Shown here: positions 27,375-44,420 of the stretch, one piece after another | How the letters are laid out: every line of letters begins with the position of its first letter | How positions within the stretch are numbered: the stretch's first letter is position 1 | Assembly: GCF_009914755.1 (NCBI RefSeq) | Contig: NC_060925.1 | DNA: 64,000 nt | Direction: 5' to 3' (one strand) | Origin: the human T2T-CHM13v2.0 reference genome, Homo sapiens | The notes under the pieces: generated by a model | What the model saw: the letters and a program-made list of their open reading frames with translations, nothing else | Database searches by the model: none | Told to the model about the DNA's origin: nothing | Position numbers and translations under genes: made by a program

Positions 27375-28568
27375 CACAGACAAGTCTTAAAACATTTAAA
27401 AAAGATGAAATTGTTTCAAACATTTTCACTGACCACAATGGAATAAGACTAGAAATCAATAACAAGAGAAATTTTGGAAAATCATACAAACACATGTAAA
27501 ATAAACAATATGGTCCTGATGACCAGTGAGTCAATGAAGACATTAAGAAAGAAATTGAAAAATTTCTCGTAATACAAGATAACAGAATCACAACATATCA
27601 AAATCTATGGGATACAGCAGAAGCAGTATTCAAAGGGAAGTTTATGGCTATAATTGCCTACATCAAGAGAAAAGAAAAATTTCAAATAAACAATCAAATG
27701 ATGCATCTTAAGGAACTAGAAAAGCAAGAGCAAACCAAACCCAAAATTAGTAGGAGAAAATAAATAATAAAGATCAGAGCAGAAATAAATACATTTGAAA
27801 TGAATAAAACAATACAAAATATCAATGAAACAAAAATTACATTCTGAAAAGATAAACAGTATAGACAAACGTTTAGTCAGACTGATAGGAAAAAAAAGAG
27901 AAGAGCCAAATAAATAAAGTCAGATATAAAAAAAGAGATATTACAGCTGATAACTGATACCACAGAGAAATTCAAAGGATCATTGGTGGCTAATATGAGC
28001 CACTACATGGGAATAATTTTGAAAATCTAGAAGAAATGGATAAATTACTAGACACACAAAACCTACCATTATTGAACCATGAAGAAATTCAAAATCTAAA
28101 CATCAACAACAAACAATGAGATAAACGTTGCAATGAAATGAATCCCAGCAAAGAAAATCAAGGAACCCATGGCCTTACTGCTGAATTCTACCAAACATTT
28201 AAAGAACAACTAATACCAATGCTACTCAAACTATTACAAAAAAATAGAGGGGGAGGAAGTACTTTTGAACTCATTGTATGAGGCCTATATTATGCTGATA
28301 CCAAAACCAGATGAAGACACATAAAAAAAAATCATAAACCAATATCACTGATGAATATTGAGGCACAAATGCTCAACAAAATACTAGCAAACCCAATTCA
28401 ACAACACATTAAAAACACCATTTATCATGACAAAGTGGGATTCATTCCATGAATGCAAGGATGGTCCAACTTACATAAATCAATCAATGTTACACATCAT
28501 ATCAACAGAATGAAAGACAAAAACCATATGATAATCTCAGTTGATGCTGAAAAATATGATAAAATTTA

Positions 28569-29034
<466 letters not shown>

Positions 29035-30533
29035 TCAACATACTACTAGAAGCCCTTGCTAGAGCAATCAGGCATAAGAAAGTAATAAAGGCATTCAAAT
29101 TGGAAAAAAGAAGTCAAATTATTGTTTGCTGATGATATGATCTTATATTTGGAAGAACCTAAAGACTCCACCAAAAAAACTTAGAATTGATAAATATATT
29201 CAATAAAGTTGCAGGACAGAAAATCAACATAAAAAGATCAGTAGCATTTCTATATGCCAACAGCAAATGATCTGGACAAGAAATCAATAAAGCAATCCAT
29301 TTACAGTAGCTACAAATAAATAAAAATACCTTAAATTAATTTAACCAAAGAAGTAAAAGGTCTCTACAATAAAACCTGTAAAACATTAATATTAGAAATT
29401 GAAGAGGACACCAAAAAATGAAAAGATATTCCATGTTCATGTATTGGATAATTAATATTATTAAAATGTCCATACTATCCAAAACAATCTGCAGATTCAA
29501 TGTAATCTCTATCAAAATACCAATGAAATTCTCTACAGAAATAGAAAAAAAATTGTAAAATTTATATGTAACCACCAAAGACCCAGAATAACCAAAGAAA
29601 TCCTAAGCAAAAGGAACAAAACTGGATGATTCACATTTCCTGACATTAAATTATATTACAGAGCTATAGTAAACCAAACAGCATAATACTGCCACAAAAA
29701 CATACACATAGGCCAATGGAACAGAATAGAGAACCCATAGATAAATCCATGTGTCTATGGTGAACACATTTTTGAGAGAGGTGCCAAGAACATAGATTGG
29801 AGAAAGAATAGTATTCAATATATGGTGCTAGAAAAACTGGATATCCATAAGCAAAAGAATAGAACTATGCCCCATAACTTGCCTTATACAAAAATAAAAT
29901 GAAAATGGATTAAAGACTTAAATCTAAGACCTCAAACTATGAAACTACTACACAAAAACTTTGGGGGAACGCTCCAGAACATTGGACTGGGCAAAGATTT
30001 CTTGAATAATACTCCACAAGCATGGTCAGTCAAAACAAAGACAAATGTGATCCCATCAAATTAAAAAGCTTCTGCACAGCAAACGAAAAAATCAACAAAG
30101 TGAGTAGACAACCCACAGAATGGGAGAAAATATTTGCAAACTAACCACCTAATAATGAAACATATAAGGATCACAAAAAACTCCATAGTGAAAAATAGAT
30201 TTATCTGATTTTTAAATTGGCCAAAGATCTCAATAAGTATTTCTTAAAAGAAGACATACAAATGGCAAACAGGTGTATGAAAAGGTGTTCAACATCATTA
30301 GTCATCAGACAAATGCTGATAAAAAATACAATGAGATATTGTCGCACTTCATTTAAAATGGCTTTCATCCAAAAGTCAGGCAATGAAAAATGCTGGTGAG
30401 GATGTGCAGAAAAGGGAACTATTGTACATTGTTGGTGGAAATGTAAATTAGTGCAACCACTATGGAGAATGTTTGAGTTCCTCAAATACTAAAAATGAAG
30501 CTTCCTTATGACCCAGCAATGCCACTCCCAGTT

Positions 30534-31892
30534 TGATATGTGTTGGCTCTGCGTCCCCACCCAAATCTCATTTTGTAGCCCCCATAATTCCCACTTGTTG
30601 TGGGAGGGACCTGGTGGGAGATGAATGAATCATGAGGGTGAGTTTTTCCCCTGTTGTTCTCATGTTAGTGAATGGGTCTCATGAGATCTGATGGTTTTAA
30701 AAATGGGAGTCTCCCTACATAAGCTCTCTTTTATTTTTGCCTGCTGCTGTTTGCTAAGATGTGACTTGCTCCTCCTTGTTTTCTGCCATGATTTTGAGGC
30801 CTCCCCCAGCCATATGGAACTGTAAGTTCAGTTAAACCTCTTTCGTTTGTAAATTGCCAGTCTTGAGTATGCCTTCAGCAGCAGCAAAAAAAAAAAAAAA
30901 AAAAAAAAAGGGACTAATATGGTAAATTGGTACCAGGGGTGGGGTACTGCTGAAAATATACCCAAAAATGTGGATGTGATTTTGCAAATGGGTAACAGGC
31001 AAAGTTTGGAACAGTTTGGAGGGTTCAGAAGAAGACAGGAAAGTTAGGAACCTCCTAAAGATTTGTTGAATGGCTTTGCTCAAAATGCTGATAGTGATAC
31101 AGGCAATAAAGTCTAAGCTGAGATGGTCTCAGATGGAGATGAGGAACTTGTTGGGAACTGGAGTAAAGGTGACTCTTGCTATGTTTTAGCAAAGAGATGG
31201 GTGGCATTTTGCCCTTGCCCTAGAGATTTGTAGAACCTTAAACTTGAGAAAGATGATTTAGGGTACCTGGCAGAAAAAATTTCTAAGCAGCAAAGCATTC
31301 AAGATGTGACTTGGGTGCTGTTAAAGACATTCAGCTTTATAAGGGAAGCAGAACATAAGTTTGGACAATTTGCAGCTTGACAATGAGATAGTAAAGAAAA
31401 TGCCATTTTCTGAGGAGAAATTCAAGCCGGCTGCAGAAATTGCGTAATTAATGAGGAGCTGAATGTTAATCCTCAAGACAAGGGGGAAAATGTCTCCAGG
31501 GCATATCGGAGGTCTTCACAGCAGCCCCTCCTATCACAGGCCCAGAGGCTTAGGAGGAAGAAGTGGTTTGGGAGACCAGGCCCAGATTCCCTATGCTGTG
31601 TGCAGTCTAGGGACTTGGCGCCCTGTGTCCCAGCTGCTCTGGCCATGGCTGAAAGGGACCAACATTGAGCTCAGGCCGTGGCTTCAGAGGGTGCAAGCCC
31701 AAAGCCTTGGCAGCTTCCACATGGTGTTGAGCCTACCTGTGCACAGAAATAAAGAACTGGGGTTTGGGAACCCCCGCCTAGGTTTCAGAAGATGTATGGA
31801 AACGCCTGGGTACCCAGGCAGAAGTTTGCTCTGGGATGGGGCACTCATGGAGAACCTCTGCTAGGGCAGTGCAAAAGGGAAATGTGGGGTTT
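30534..31892 (+). mobile_element. THE1 element: 5' LTR (30534 to ~30921) plus truncated internal region, no 3' LTR
   Basis: tgatatg...ctctgcgtccccacccaaatctca LTR, then gtaaattggtacca...gtttggaacagtttggagggttcagaagaagacagg internal sequence. Confidence 0.92.
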
Positions 31893-31895
31893 CAT

Positions 31896-34800
31896 GTCAT
31901 GGAGGCTGCATTAGAAGAAAAATTTATTTTTCTCATTATCCTTCCAGGTTACTTGGCTGAAGCCCTGTAAATTGGACCGATGAAAGACAAATTAATGAGA
32001 GAAATTAATTATAATAAAATAAAAATCTATATACATTTTATATATCATGGGAGTCTTCATAAGGAAATAAAGACCCACGAAACAGTTAAATCTGAGTGTT
32101 TTCATATTATGTTTGATGAAGAATGAATATTTTTGAAAAATGTGATAGGACAAAAAGGTACATACTAAGCATAGTCAATATAATTTGGATGTCCTCTCCA
32201 AATCTCATGTTGAGATGTTATCCCAGTGTTGGAGGTGAGGCCTGTTGGGAGGTGTTTTGATCATGGCAATGGGTTCCTCATGAATGGCGTGGGCCATCTG
32301 GCGTGGGCCATCTCCTTGGTGAAAAGTGAGCTCTTGTTCTGAGTTTACATGAGATATGGTTGCTTAAAAGTATGTGGCATCTCCCTCCTACTCTTTCTCT
32401 CACTTGCTCCTGCTTTCACCATGTGACATGCTTGCTTTTCTCATGTAATGTGCCTGCCCCCACTTTGCCTTCTGCCATGATTGCAGGTTTCCTGAGCCCT
32501 TTCTAAAAGCTGAGCTGATGCCAACACAGGCTTCCTGTAAAGCCTGCAGAACTGTGAGCCAATGAAAACCCCTTTTTCTATAAATTACCCAGTTTCAGGT
32601 ATTTCTTTACAACGATGCAAGACTGACCAAATACAGATAATTGGTACCAAGGAGAGGGGTGCATTGCTGTAAAGATACCTGAAAATGTGGAGGTAGCTTT
32701 GGTACTCATAATGGGCAGAGGTTGGAAGAGTTCAGAGGGCTCAGAAGAAGACAGGAAAACAGGCAAAGTTTGGAAATTTTTAGACTGGTTAAGTGGTTGT
32801 GACCAAAATGTTGAGAGTGATATGACAGTGAAGGCCTGGGTCTCAAATATAAATGTGGAAATTATTGGAAACTGGAGCAAAGGTCACATGTGTTATACCT
32901 TAGCAAAGAACTTGGCTGCATTGTGTCCCTGCCCTAGGGCTCATGGGAAGTTGGAACTTAAGAGTGATTATTTAGGGTATCTGGTAGAATTTCTAAGCAG
33001 CAAAGTGTTCAAGAAGTGGTCTGGCTGCTTCTAACAACCTATGCTCAGATGTTGGAGCAAAAAAACCTTAAAGTTGGAACTTATATTTAAAAGGGAGCAG
33101 AATATAAAAGTTTGTAAAATTTGCAGCCTGATAGTGTGGCAGAGAAAGAAAAGCCTTTTTGGGAGAAGAATAAAAGCAGGCTATGGAGCAACTGCTTACC
33201 AGAGATATTTGCATAACTAAAAGAGAGCCAAGTTCTACTATCCAAGACAATGAGAAAAAGACCTTGAAGGCATTTTAGAGACCTTCATGGCAGCCCCTCC
33301 CATCATAGCCCTGGAGGCTTAAGAGGGAAGAATAGTTTTGTGGACCTGGCCCAGGATCCTGCTGTCCTGTACATCCTTGGGACACTGCTCCCCACATCCA
33401 GTCCACTCTAGCTCCAGCCTCAGCTCAGAGGATCCCAGGTATAGCTTGGGCCACAGCTTCAGAAGGTGCAAACCATAAACCTTGGCAGCCCCCATGTTGT
33501 GTTAAGCCTGTGGGCACACACAAGATACAAGAGTGAATAAGACTTGGCACCCTCTGCCAAAATTTCACAGGATTTATGGAAGAGCCTGGGTGCCCAGGTA
33601 GAAGCCTGCTGCAGGGGTGGAGCCACCACAGAGAACTCCCATTAGGGCAGGGCTTAGGGATAAGAGAGGCCTCACTCAGATTCCTCACTGTGGAGCTGTG
33701 AGAAGGGGGCTATTACCCTCCCCACTGTGGCACTACCTAGTGAAGCTGTGAGAAAAAGGCCACTGCCCTCCAGACCCAAGAGAATGGTAGTCCCACCAGC
33801 AGCTTGTACCCTACACCTGTAAAAGCCACAGGCCCTCAACAACCTGGGAGAGCAACCTCTGGGGCTGAACCCTGCAAAGCCACAGGGGTTGGAACTGACA
33901 AGGCCTTGGGAACCGCCCCTTGTACCAGTGTGCCCTGAATATGGGACATGGAGTCACAGGGGATTATTTTGGAGCTTTAAGATTTAATGACCGCCCTGCT
34001 GGGTTTTGAACTTTCATGGGGTCTGTAGACCTTTTCTTTTGGCTAATTTTTCTTTTGTGGAATGAAAATGTTTACCCAGTGCTTATTTGCCAATTTTATC
34101 TTGAAAACAACTAACTTATTTTTGAATTTGCAAGCTTATAGATGGAAGGGACTTACCTTGTTTCAGATGAGACTTTGGAATTTGGACTTTTGAGTTAACG
34201 CTGAAATGAGTTAAAGCTTTGAGGGACTGCTGAGAATGGATTATTTTATTTTAAAATATGGGAAGGACATTAAATTTGAGAGACCAGGGGTAGAGTGATG
34301 TAGTTTGAATATCCCCTCCAAATATCATGTTGAGATGTAACCCCTAGTGTTGGAGGTGGAACTTGGTGGGGAGTTGTTTTGATCACGGGGAGGGGTCCCT
34401 CATGAATGGCTTCAGACATTTTCTGATGATAAGTGAGCTCTTGCTCTGAGTTCACATGAGATCTGGTCATTTAAAAGTGTGTGGCACTTCCCTCCTACTC
34501 TTCCTATCTTGCCTGCTCCTGCTTTCACCATGTGATGTGTCTGCTTTTGTCATGTGATGTGCCTGCTCTCATTTTGCCTTCTGCCATGATTGTAAGCTTC
34601 CTGAGGCCTCCCTAGAAGCTGAGCTGATGCCACAACTTGCTTCCTGTAATGCCTGCAGAACCGTCAGCTAATAAAATATCTTTCCTTTATAAATTACCCA
34701 TGTTCATGTATTTCTTTATAACAATGCAAGAATAGCCTAATACAGTAGTAAACTGGGGGAAACTTAGTGAGGCCTATTTGTTCAGATTCCTTTAGGCTTT

Positions 34801-34989
34801 TCTCTGTCTTTAGAGATAAGGATGTGCCTTTCCTCTGGTCATAGAGAAGGCACTTCTCATAAGAGGGTCTCGTGACCTGGGGAAAAGTGGGAGGACAGAG
34901 TCTTTCCAGCACCTACCATTTTGCAAATGTATTCAGCTTAAAATTATTATGCCAAGGTGCCATATCATGAAGTAGTGTGAATCCCATCA
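31896..34989 (-). mobile_element. ERV1-class LTR (MER34-like), split by MST provirus
   Basis: aagacaaattaatgagaga...tgtgataggacaaa on the left; ttgttcagattc...cagcttaaaatta..atgccaaggtgccatat...cccatca on the right. Confidence 0.6.
32176..34744 (+). mobile_element. Full-length MST (MSTB-like) MaLR provirus: LTR 32176-32635, internal, LTR 34296-34744
   Basis: Two similar LTRs flanking MaLR internal sequence; TSD atagt/gtagt. Confidence 0.92.
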
Positions 34990-35691
34990 ACGTGGCATGC
35001 TTACCTGTTTCTGTGGCACGACTTTAGCTGTACATTTGCCTACTGGCTGCATTTCCTACCTTGGTACCATCCTACCATTGAAGTTTTCCATCATTCAAAA
35101 GTTTCTCTTTCTTGAGAGCCATTCAAGAACCTTCCAATAAATTATTTTTTTCAACTTGGCCAGTCTTTCTGTTGTTTGAGTCCAGAACTGATAGAGTATG
35201 TTATGTGAGAATACACAGATATTACAGATTTATGAAAAATCAAGAATGCTTAAAATGAAGTTTTATTTTTATCTATTTTTGAAAACATTTAAAAATTTTT
35301 CTGGTGGCTAAAAAGTGTTAAATTTTCAAGACTTTTTGGATTTTATTCTTTTTTTTAATGTCACCCAAAGCCCGTAACTAACAATTACAGAAGATCTCAA
35401 TCTTTATTTTTACTGTGCATATTTAGGGAATGGTAACCTATTCAAATTCAGATTTTATTTTATTATTAAACAATTTCAGCAATTGACTAGAATTCATTTT
35501 TAATATCAAAGTCACAGAGAAATGGAAGTTTTATATTTTTCATTGCATTCTGTGATGCAATGGAATATTGTCATATTTTCTTGAGAAAAGAGTATGATAT
35601 ACTATTGTAGAAATTTAATTTTATATGAACAATAATGAAAGTTTTAAAGAAAGAAGAGGAATGACAACTTGGAAAATGTAGGATAACAGCC

Positions 35692-35697
35692 TTTATT
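35692..35697 (-). promoter_or_regulatory. NEGR1: Candidate distal poly(A) signal AATAAA
   Basis: tttatt on +; downstream on minus strand ttttccaagttgtcattcctcttctttcttt (U/GU-rich). Confidence 0.6.
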
Positions 35698-36284
35698 CAT
35701 ATCACTAATTGTAATATGTACTAATTGTAAATGTGGAAACTGAAGCCCCATTCCAGAGAAGACATTGCTTTTTATGATAGATCCAGGCAACAGGAAACAC
35801 ACATGCACACACACACCGACACACACAAAAGAGCCTTTCTTAGGAGAAAATATACATTAATCTCTTTCTTTCCCTTCCTCTTTCTCTTCTTTTACCCTCT
35901 GTTTCTTTTCTTCTTCCTTTTCCTTTCTCACTTTCAGTTTAAAGTGAAATCAGCTTCCCAAAGAAAGGATTAGAGAAATGGGTGCCTTTTTCTTCAGTTT
36001 GATCATAGTGTCCTAAACATCCAGATTAACTCTACCAGGTAATTCTTTTTAGACAGCTCTTCAGAGGTCACCTAAATCATATTTTATTGTCAAATAAGTG
36101 GATGGATTAATGAATGAATGAATGCCACATGAACATTTCAGGTTATCTGAGAAACGTTAAGGTCAACCACTTTTCAGTGTAAATTAAATCTGATTTTTAA
36201 AATTTCCAAAATCAACAAATAACAGGTTCTTCTTGAAATGATACTAGCTTGAGAATGTGCCTCAACATAAAAATCAAAACCATT

Positions 36285-38824
<2,540 letters not shown>

Positions 38825-40484
38825 CCACTATACAAGTTCTTACATTACCTGATGAAAGATATCTAATTGTCTATTATAAAACCATAAAAGCTTTGTTAAT
38901 ACATTTTGAAACCTGAATAATGAGAGAGCAGGAATTCTGAACACACATACTAGTTTATCTATAAATTAGAAATATATATGTTTCCAGAAAAAAATTGCTT
39001 ATTCAAATGTAAAAAAAAAAACCCAGTCTTTCTCCTTGTCAACATTTAAAGTTATTAGACAGTAACACATTTCAAAGCATAATTTAGTTGTTTATCAACA
39101 AGAAAAATGTATTACAAGAAATTAATTTATTCCAAATTTTTTTAAAAATCTGCTTTTCTCCATGTCAGTATTTACAGCAGGTGCCATCTTCTGATTAATT
39201 AAATCACAAGATGTTCCTTATGCTAACGTCTTAGCAAATAAAACTTAAACAGAAACTGTTGGTTGCACTGTTGTCATTTCTTCTTCTACTTTAAAAAAAT
39301 TATTCAGAACACCACATGGCCAGCTTGCAAGCTTATTTTCCAGATCACTGATAGCAATGCGATTTTGTATTTGTGTGTGAGTATGTGTTTTGTTTTGAAA
39401 AAGACATCAGCTTGAAGCAGTTTCAAATCTCTGGCAATGATTTCTTAAGGAGTATGTCAAAAATGAGCTATTGAACACATTTTTGCCAGGTCACTTGTCA
39501 AGTACTTGGTAGGGAGATGTCAAGTTTCAGGGCAACCACAATCCACACTTATGAAACTACTTAGAAAACTACGGAAGAGTTCTGTGGCTCTTACTAGGTA
39601 TTTTTAGAACAATCAAGAGAATTTTGTTCCTTAGCTTTAGCATATTATAGTCTTCAACGAATATTTTGTAAGTTTTTTTTCTAAGATATGGTCCCCAAAT
39701 TTTCTTGAGAAATCCCCATGTGCTTGAATACTTGTTTAAGCACAATTCAGAACTGCGGGAGGTCTAAGTCTGCTGTGACTTAGTGTAAAGTTAACTCCTT
39801 TTTGAATGTAAAAAGTCAAAATTGATGAAGAAACTGGCAAATTCAAATTTCCACCAAGGAATAGCCCAGTGCTTTTAGCAATCCATTTGAAATGAAGGAG
39901 GGAAACCACCCTCTTTAACATTTTAAAGTTTTGAAGGTGTAATGAACCATGCTACCTCCTGTAGTTTCTACCAAACCAAGATGTGTGCTAGGACTGGGCT
40001 CATTAGCACTAAGTAGGAGCAGAACACTCAGTTCTGGCTATAGCTTCTTGCAATGTTTTTATCATTATCATAGTATTTGGTTGATGAATTATTGCTATCT
40101 CAACTGTTACTTCATTTTTCTTACTGTTTTTGATATAAAATTCCTGTTATACCATGAATTAAATGCCCCTGTGACAAAAAAAAAAAGACTTTTTCTGTTA
40201 ATTCTTTTTAACAAGTGCCCAAAATATATTATTTTTTCAACAAGGTGGATTCTCGAAGCAAGGTAGTTCTTGTGACTGTTTACTTTCTCTTTCACATGTC
40301 CTAGACTATTGGATTATGGTTTGTGAGATAAGGAAGAAAAGGAGTAATTAAAAAACATAGATTATTAGATAGATAGGTTACTTGGGTTTTTTTTTTTTTG
40401 GGTCATTAAAGTAGGCATTACATTATCAAAGCTCAAAATGTTAGCAATGAATTTAATTCAATGGCTTTAAAAATTTTACATCTC

Positions 40485-40787
<303 letters not shown>

Positions 40788-41867
40788 TCATTGCAGAGAA
40801 GAATTTTTGCTGAAATGAAAAACCACTAATTACTTGGAACACACTTTTACAGGTTACCTGATTCTGATTCTTTTGGAGCCTCTGTATTTTTCATTATATT
40901 TGAACTCTTTTTCAAGTTGTAAATAAATAATACTAAGGCAAAATATTTCTCGTCTACAGATATGGAAATAAATTCTGAGGGGTAAAGATTCAATTGAATT
41001 CTCCTCCTCACTCTGGAAGCCAGTTTTGCCTCTATTAGTACATTAATTTCAAGGTTTTTGATCTATAAATGTGTATGTTCTTTAAATTATCCTTTTATCT
41101 GGTTGTAATGTCTTATCAGGTCCTTCATTAATGAATTAATTTATTCATTTCATAAGTGTATGAAAATCACACTTTTTATGTTTTTCAAACTAAGTGGTGA
41201 TATCCATAGGATTTGTATTATATTCATATTTTGAAAACAAAGTACAAATGTATTTCTTAGGTTGCATATCATTTAATTTCTAGAATTAGAATCTTTCTCT
41301 TGTTCTACTGTCCCAGCACAAACAGATGTTCATGTTAGTATTTCAATATAAATGGCCTCAAACAACATCACTCAGATTAAAATCAGTATTGTGAATTTTT
41401 TTAAAAGTGTGTATGTATTCTGATCTCCATTTCCCCCAAAATTCTGTTGATTGCAGATGTCTGAGGAATAGTCTTAGTGGATTATCCCAAACTTGACACA
41501 TTTTTTGCAAAATGCTATACAAAAAGAAGATACATGCGATTATGACAAGATTCTCCACTTGGTGTGACCAGTCTCATACAACCCAAGGCTGTGTGTCCAA
41601 AGGCAACTGTACTGTGAGTTTCACGTTTCCAAAGTTTTAGATGACATGTACAATCTGATTAGCCTTTAAATCTCATACCCTCTGCAGGTATTGGAAAATA
41701 CAAGGATGTCATAAATATCTATATTTATATTTAAAATGTGCTTATATTTATATAAATATATAAATAAAAATATGCAAATAGTTGTCTATGAAGCTAGCAA
41801 TGTGATTATATGCTTTTCTTTTTCCTAGGTAGTCTGGGACTGGAAACAAATTGGGAACATTTTTCAT

Positions 41868-42040
41868 TGCATATTTGGCTCAGATCTGCCACTTAGTTGA
41901 AGTATAATCTTCAGCAAGTGACTCAAAATTTCTGAATCTCGTTTTCACCATCAATACATGACAATAGTAATATTTTCTCCTTTAAGTATTTGAAAGTGTT
42001 GAGAAAGCCACAATAGCAACACTTGCAAAAGTGCTCCATT
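41868..42040 (+). mobile_element. MIR remnant
   Basis: tctgccacttag...gcaagtgactc...tctgaatctcgttttcaccatc. Confidence 0.55.
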
Positions 42041-42691
42041 GTAAAATGCAAAGGAGAGGTAGTTGTGACCCTTTGGGGAAAACTATAGTTGCCACAATTG
42101 TCTCTGAAGTGAAGCATGTTTCTTAGACTGAAGGAAAGCCCTGGGAGAGATTGGTCTAGCTTTAGGATGACTGTGGGTAGAGCTTCTAGGGAGAAGAATG
42201 AAACGTATTCCTCTTTTCCTTTTCTCTAGGAATACCGGAAAGCATGTATTTGTTTGCTAAATTGCTCTCTTTCCACCAGTGATATCAATTCTGAAATACT
42301 TTTGAGTAAGTTTGGAATTACTAGAAAAACAGTGAATGTAAATGTGAAGGTGTATGATTCTTGGAAAGTTCAGAGGGAGTACATTGACGGGTGTTTGGAT
42401 CAAATTCCACTAACTTGAATGAATTACCTTGGAAAATTATCTCTACAAATTCTTACTTACATTTCTGACTGTCAGGTTAAAGTGAATAATTATTTTCTGT
42501 ATACCAAGATATGATTTTGAAGCATCTATGTTTTGCCCTATTCTTTTGAGAGGGAAACTAGCTCTGTTTCATGTGCTGGTTTTCCATGTCTGATACTTGA
42601 TGTTTCTGTTTCTGTGATGTAATTTATGCAAGATAGATAAGATAGATGTTGAAAAGGGAAGAAATAATGAAGCTGTGGGGGAAATCAGACA

Positions 42692-42697
42692 TTTATT
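42692..42697 (-). promoter_or_regulatory. NEGR1: Candidate poly(A) signal AATAAA for the ~4.5 kb 3' UTR
   Basis: tttatt on +; pyrimidine-rich ttcattatttcttcccttttc downstream on minus strand; one of many AATAAA hexamers in this UTR. Confidence 0.55.
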
Positions 42698-44221
42698 AGA
42701 ACATTTCCAGTTTTTTTGTGGAGGGAGGGCTTTGGTGTATATAGATTTCTCAGAATAGCAATGATACTTATATTTCAAAATAGCTTATAAAACCAAGCAT
42801 GAATCTTTTTTATGCTTTGTTGTTTTATCTATCACATTGTTCTCATTTATTCAGTTGACTATCATAGATGAACAGATATGGGAAAGAGGGCTTAAAAAAT
42901 TCATTTGGCTTGAGATCTCATTTGTATATTATGGTTTGGTATTTACAAACTAAAGGTTCTCAGCCAAATAACGTGTTTTGCTTGGAAACCAAGGTATTTT
43001 TAAGGAAATTGTATCTGAATACCTTCAGGTGCCCGTTGTTTTATACCCAGCTGTTAAGAAATTACACTCTGCCTGGCTCTTACAAGCGTTTGAGTTTTCA
43101 GTTGTTTAGCCTGTAAGATCATCAGGATTTTATCAACAGGATATTTAGTCTCTGTTGCTAACTCTGCTGTATTTTACCAGGTAAAGGTTCTAAATAATTA
43201 ATAATAAAATGTTTCCAGAAAATTTATTTTTAGTTTAGATGTAGTTCAGCTCATCAAACCTTTTAGGAATCAGCAACAGCAAGAAAGAATATAGTGTGGA
43301 GTCATTTGAAACTGTAGCATCTAGAATTTTTACCCTGTACTGCTTTAGAGTAAGCAGAAAGATGAGTGTAATACAGGAAATAAAGAGAATAGCAGAAATA
43401 TCTTCAAATTATTATTTCTTCCTTCTTTCTCTTAAGCTAATAGAGTTTTAAAATGAGTCAAATACATATTTTAATTGATAAACTGAGTTTATATTCACCT
43501 ATTGGAAACAGTACAACATATTTTACATCAGGTTATGAAATATGGATGTTTTACTAAAAGACAGGAAGAGCTTTTTCCAGTCTTTAAAGTAAATACATAT
43601 TCAAAGAATCTTAAGGCATACCATTTATTCATATTCATATCTATTGAAATACTGTACATCCACATACTTCAATAAATAGTTAAAAACCTGACCTCTTTTT
43701 AAATCATTTCTGGATTTCAAAAAACAATTTTTATTGAAAAGATTAAATAGGTAACTTTTGGCTGTGTCACAAAGCTAAGCACAATGGATAAATTAACAAT
43801 TGTTCAGTAAATTTGATCATTATAGATGATTGACTTTGATAATTCAGTTTTTCAGAGTTTTCTGACTTCAAATGTAGGGGTATTTATATATATATATATT
43901 TTTTTTTTTCCCTGAATTACCTGGGTAATTTTCTCAGTTCTCCAGTCTACTTTCTAGATATAGCTTAAATGTTATGATGAAGCATTAATTTTTCAGTTAA
44001 GTTATAAACCCCCCAAAAGTGGCTTTAAGTTTGAAATTCTCCCTCTCAAATCTTTTAGTGTCTCAAAAACACCCACATTACTATAACTTGGGCAGTACTT
44101 TTTATTATATAATTGCTGCATAATAGGAACTTAATGGTATAATAGGACTTATGTTTCAAATGCGATCATTGAAAAACATAGTTACACCACTTGCAGTTAA
44201 ACTAAGAATGCAAATGTGTAA

Positions 44222-44420
44222 GTTAACTACCCTAATACTCTGATTCTTCCTTCCCTCTCATCCTTTCTTTCTTCCTACCTTCTCCCCTTCCTCCCTTCCT
44301 TCCTTCATTCCTTCCATCCTTCCTTTTTTTTCCCTCTTTACTGCCTTTCCTTTTCATTCTTTTTCTTTTCTCTCCATTCTCATTTTTAAACTGCTACTTA
44401 TTTTTCTTTCTTCCTTCTTT
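44222..44420. repeat. Low-complexity CT-rich tract
   Basis: (cttc/ccct/cttt)-rich, nearly purine-free on +. Confidence 0.8.
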
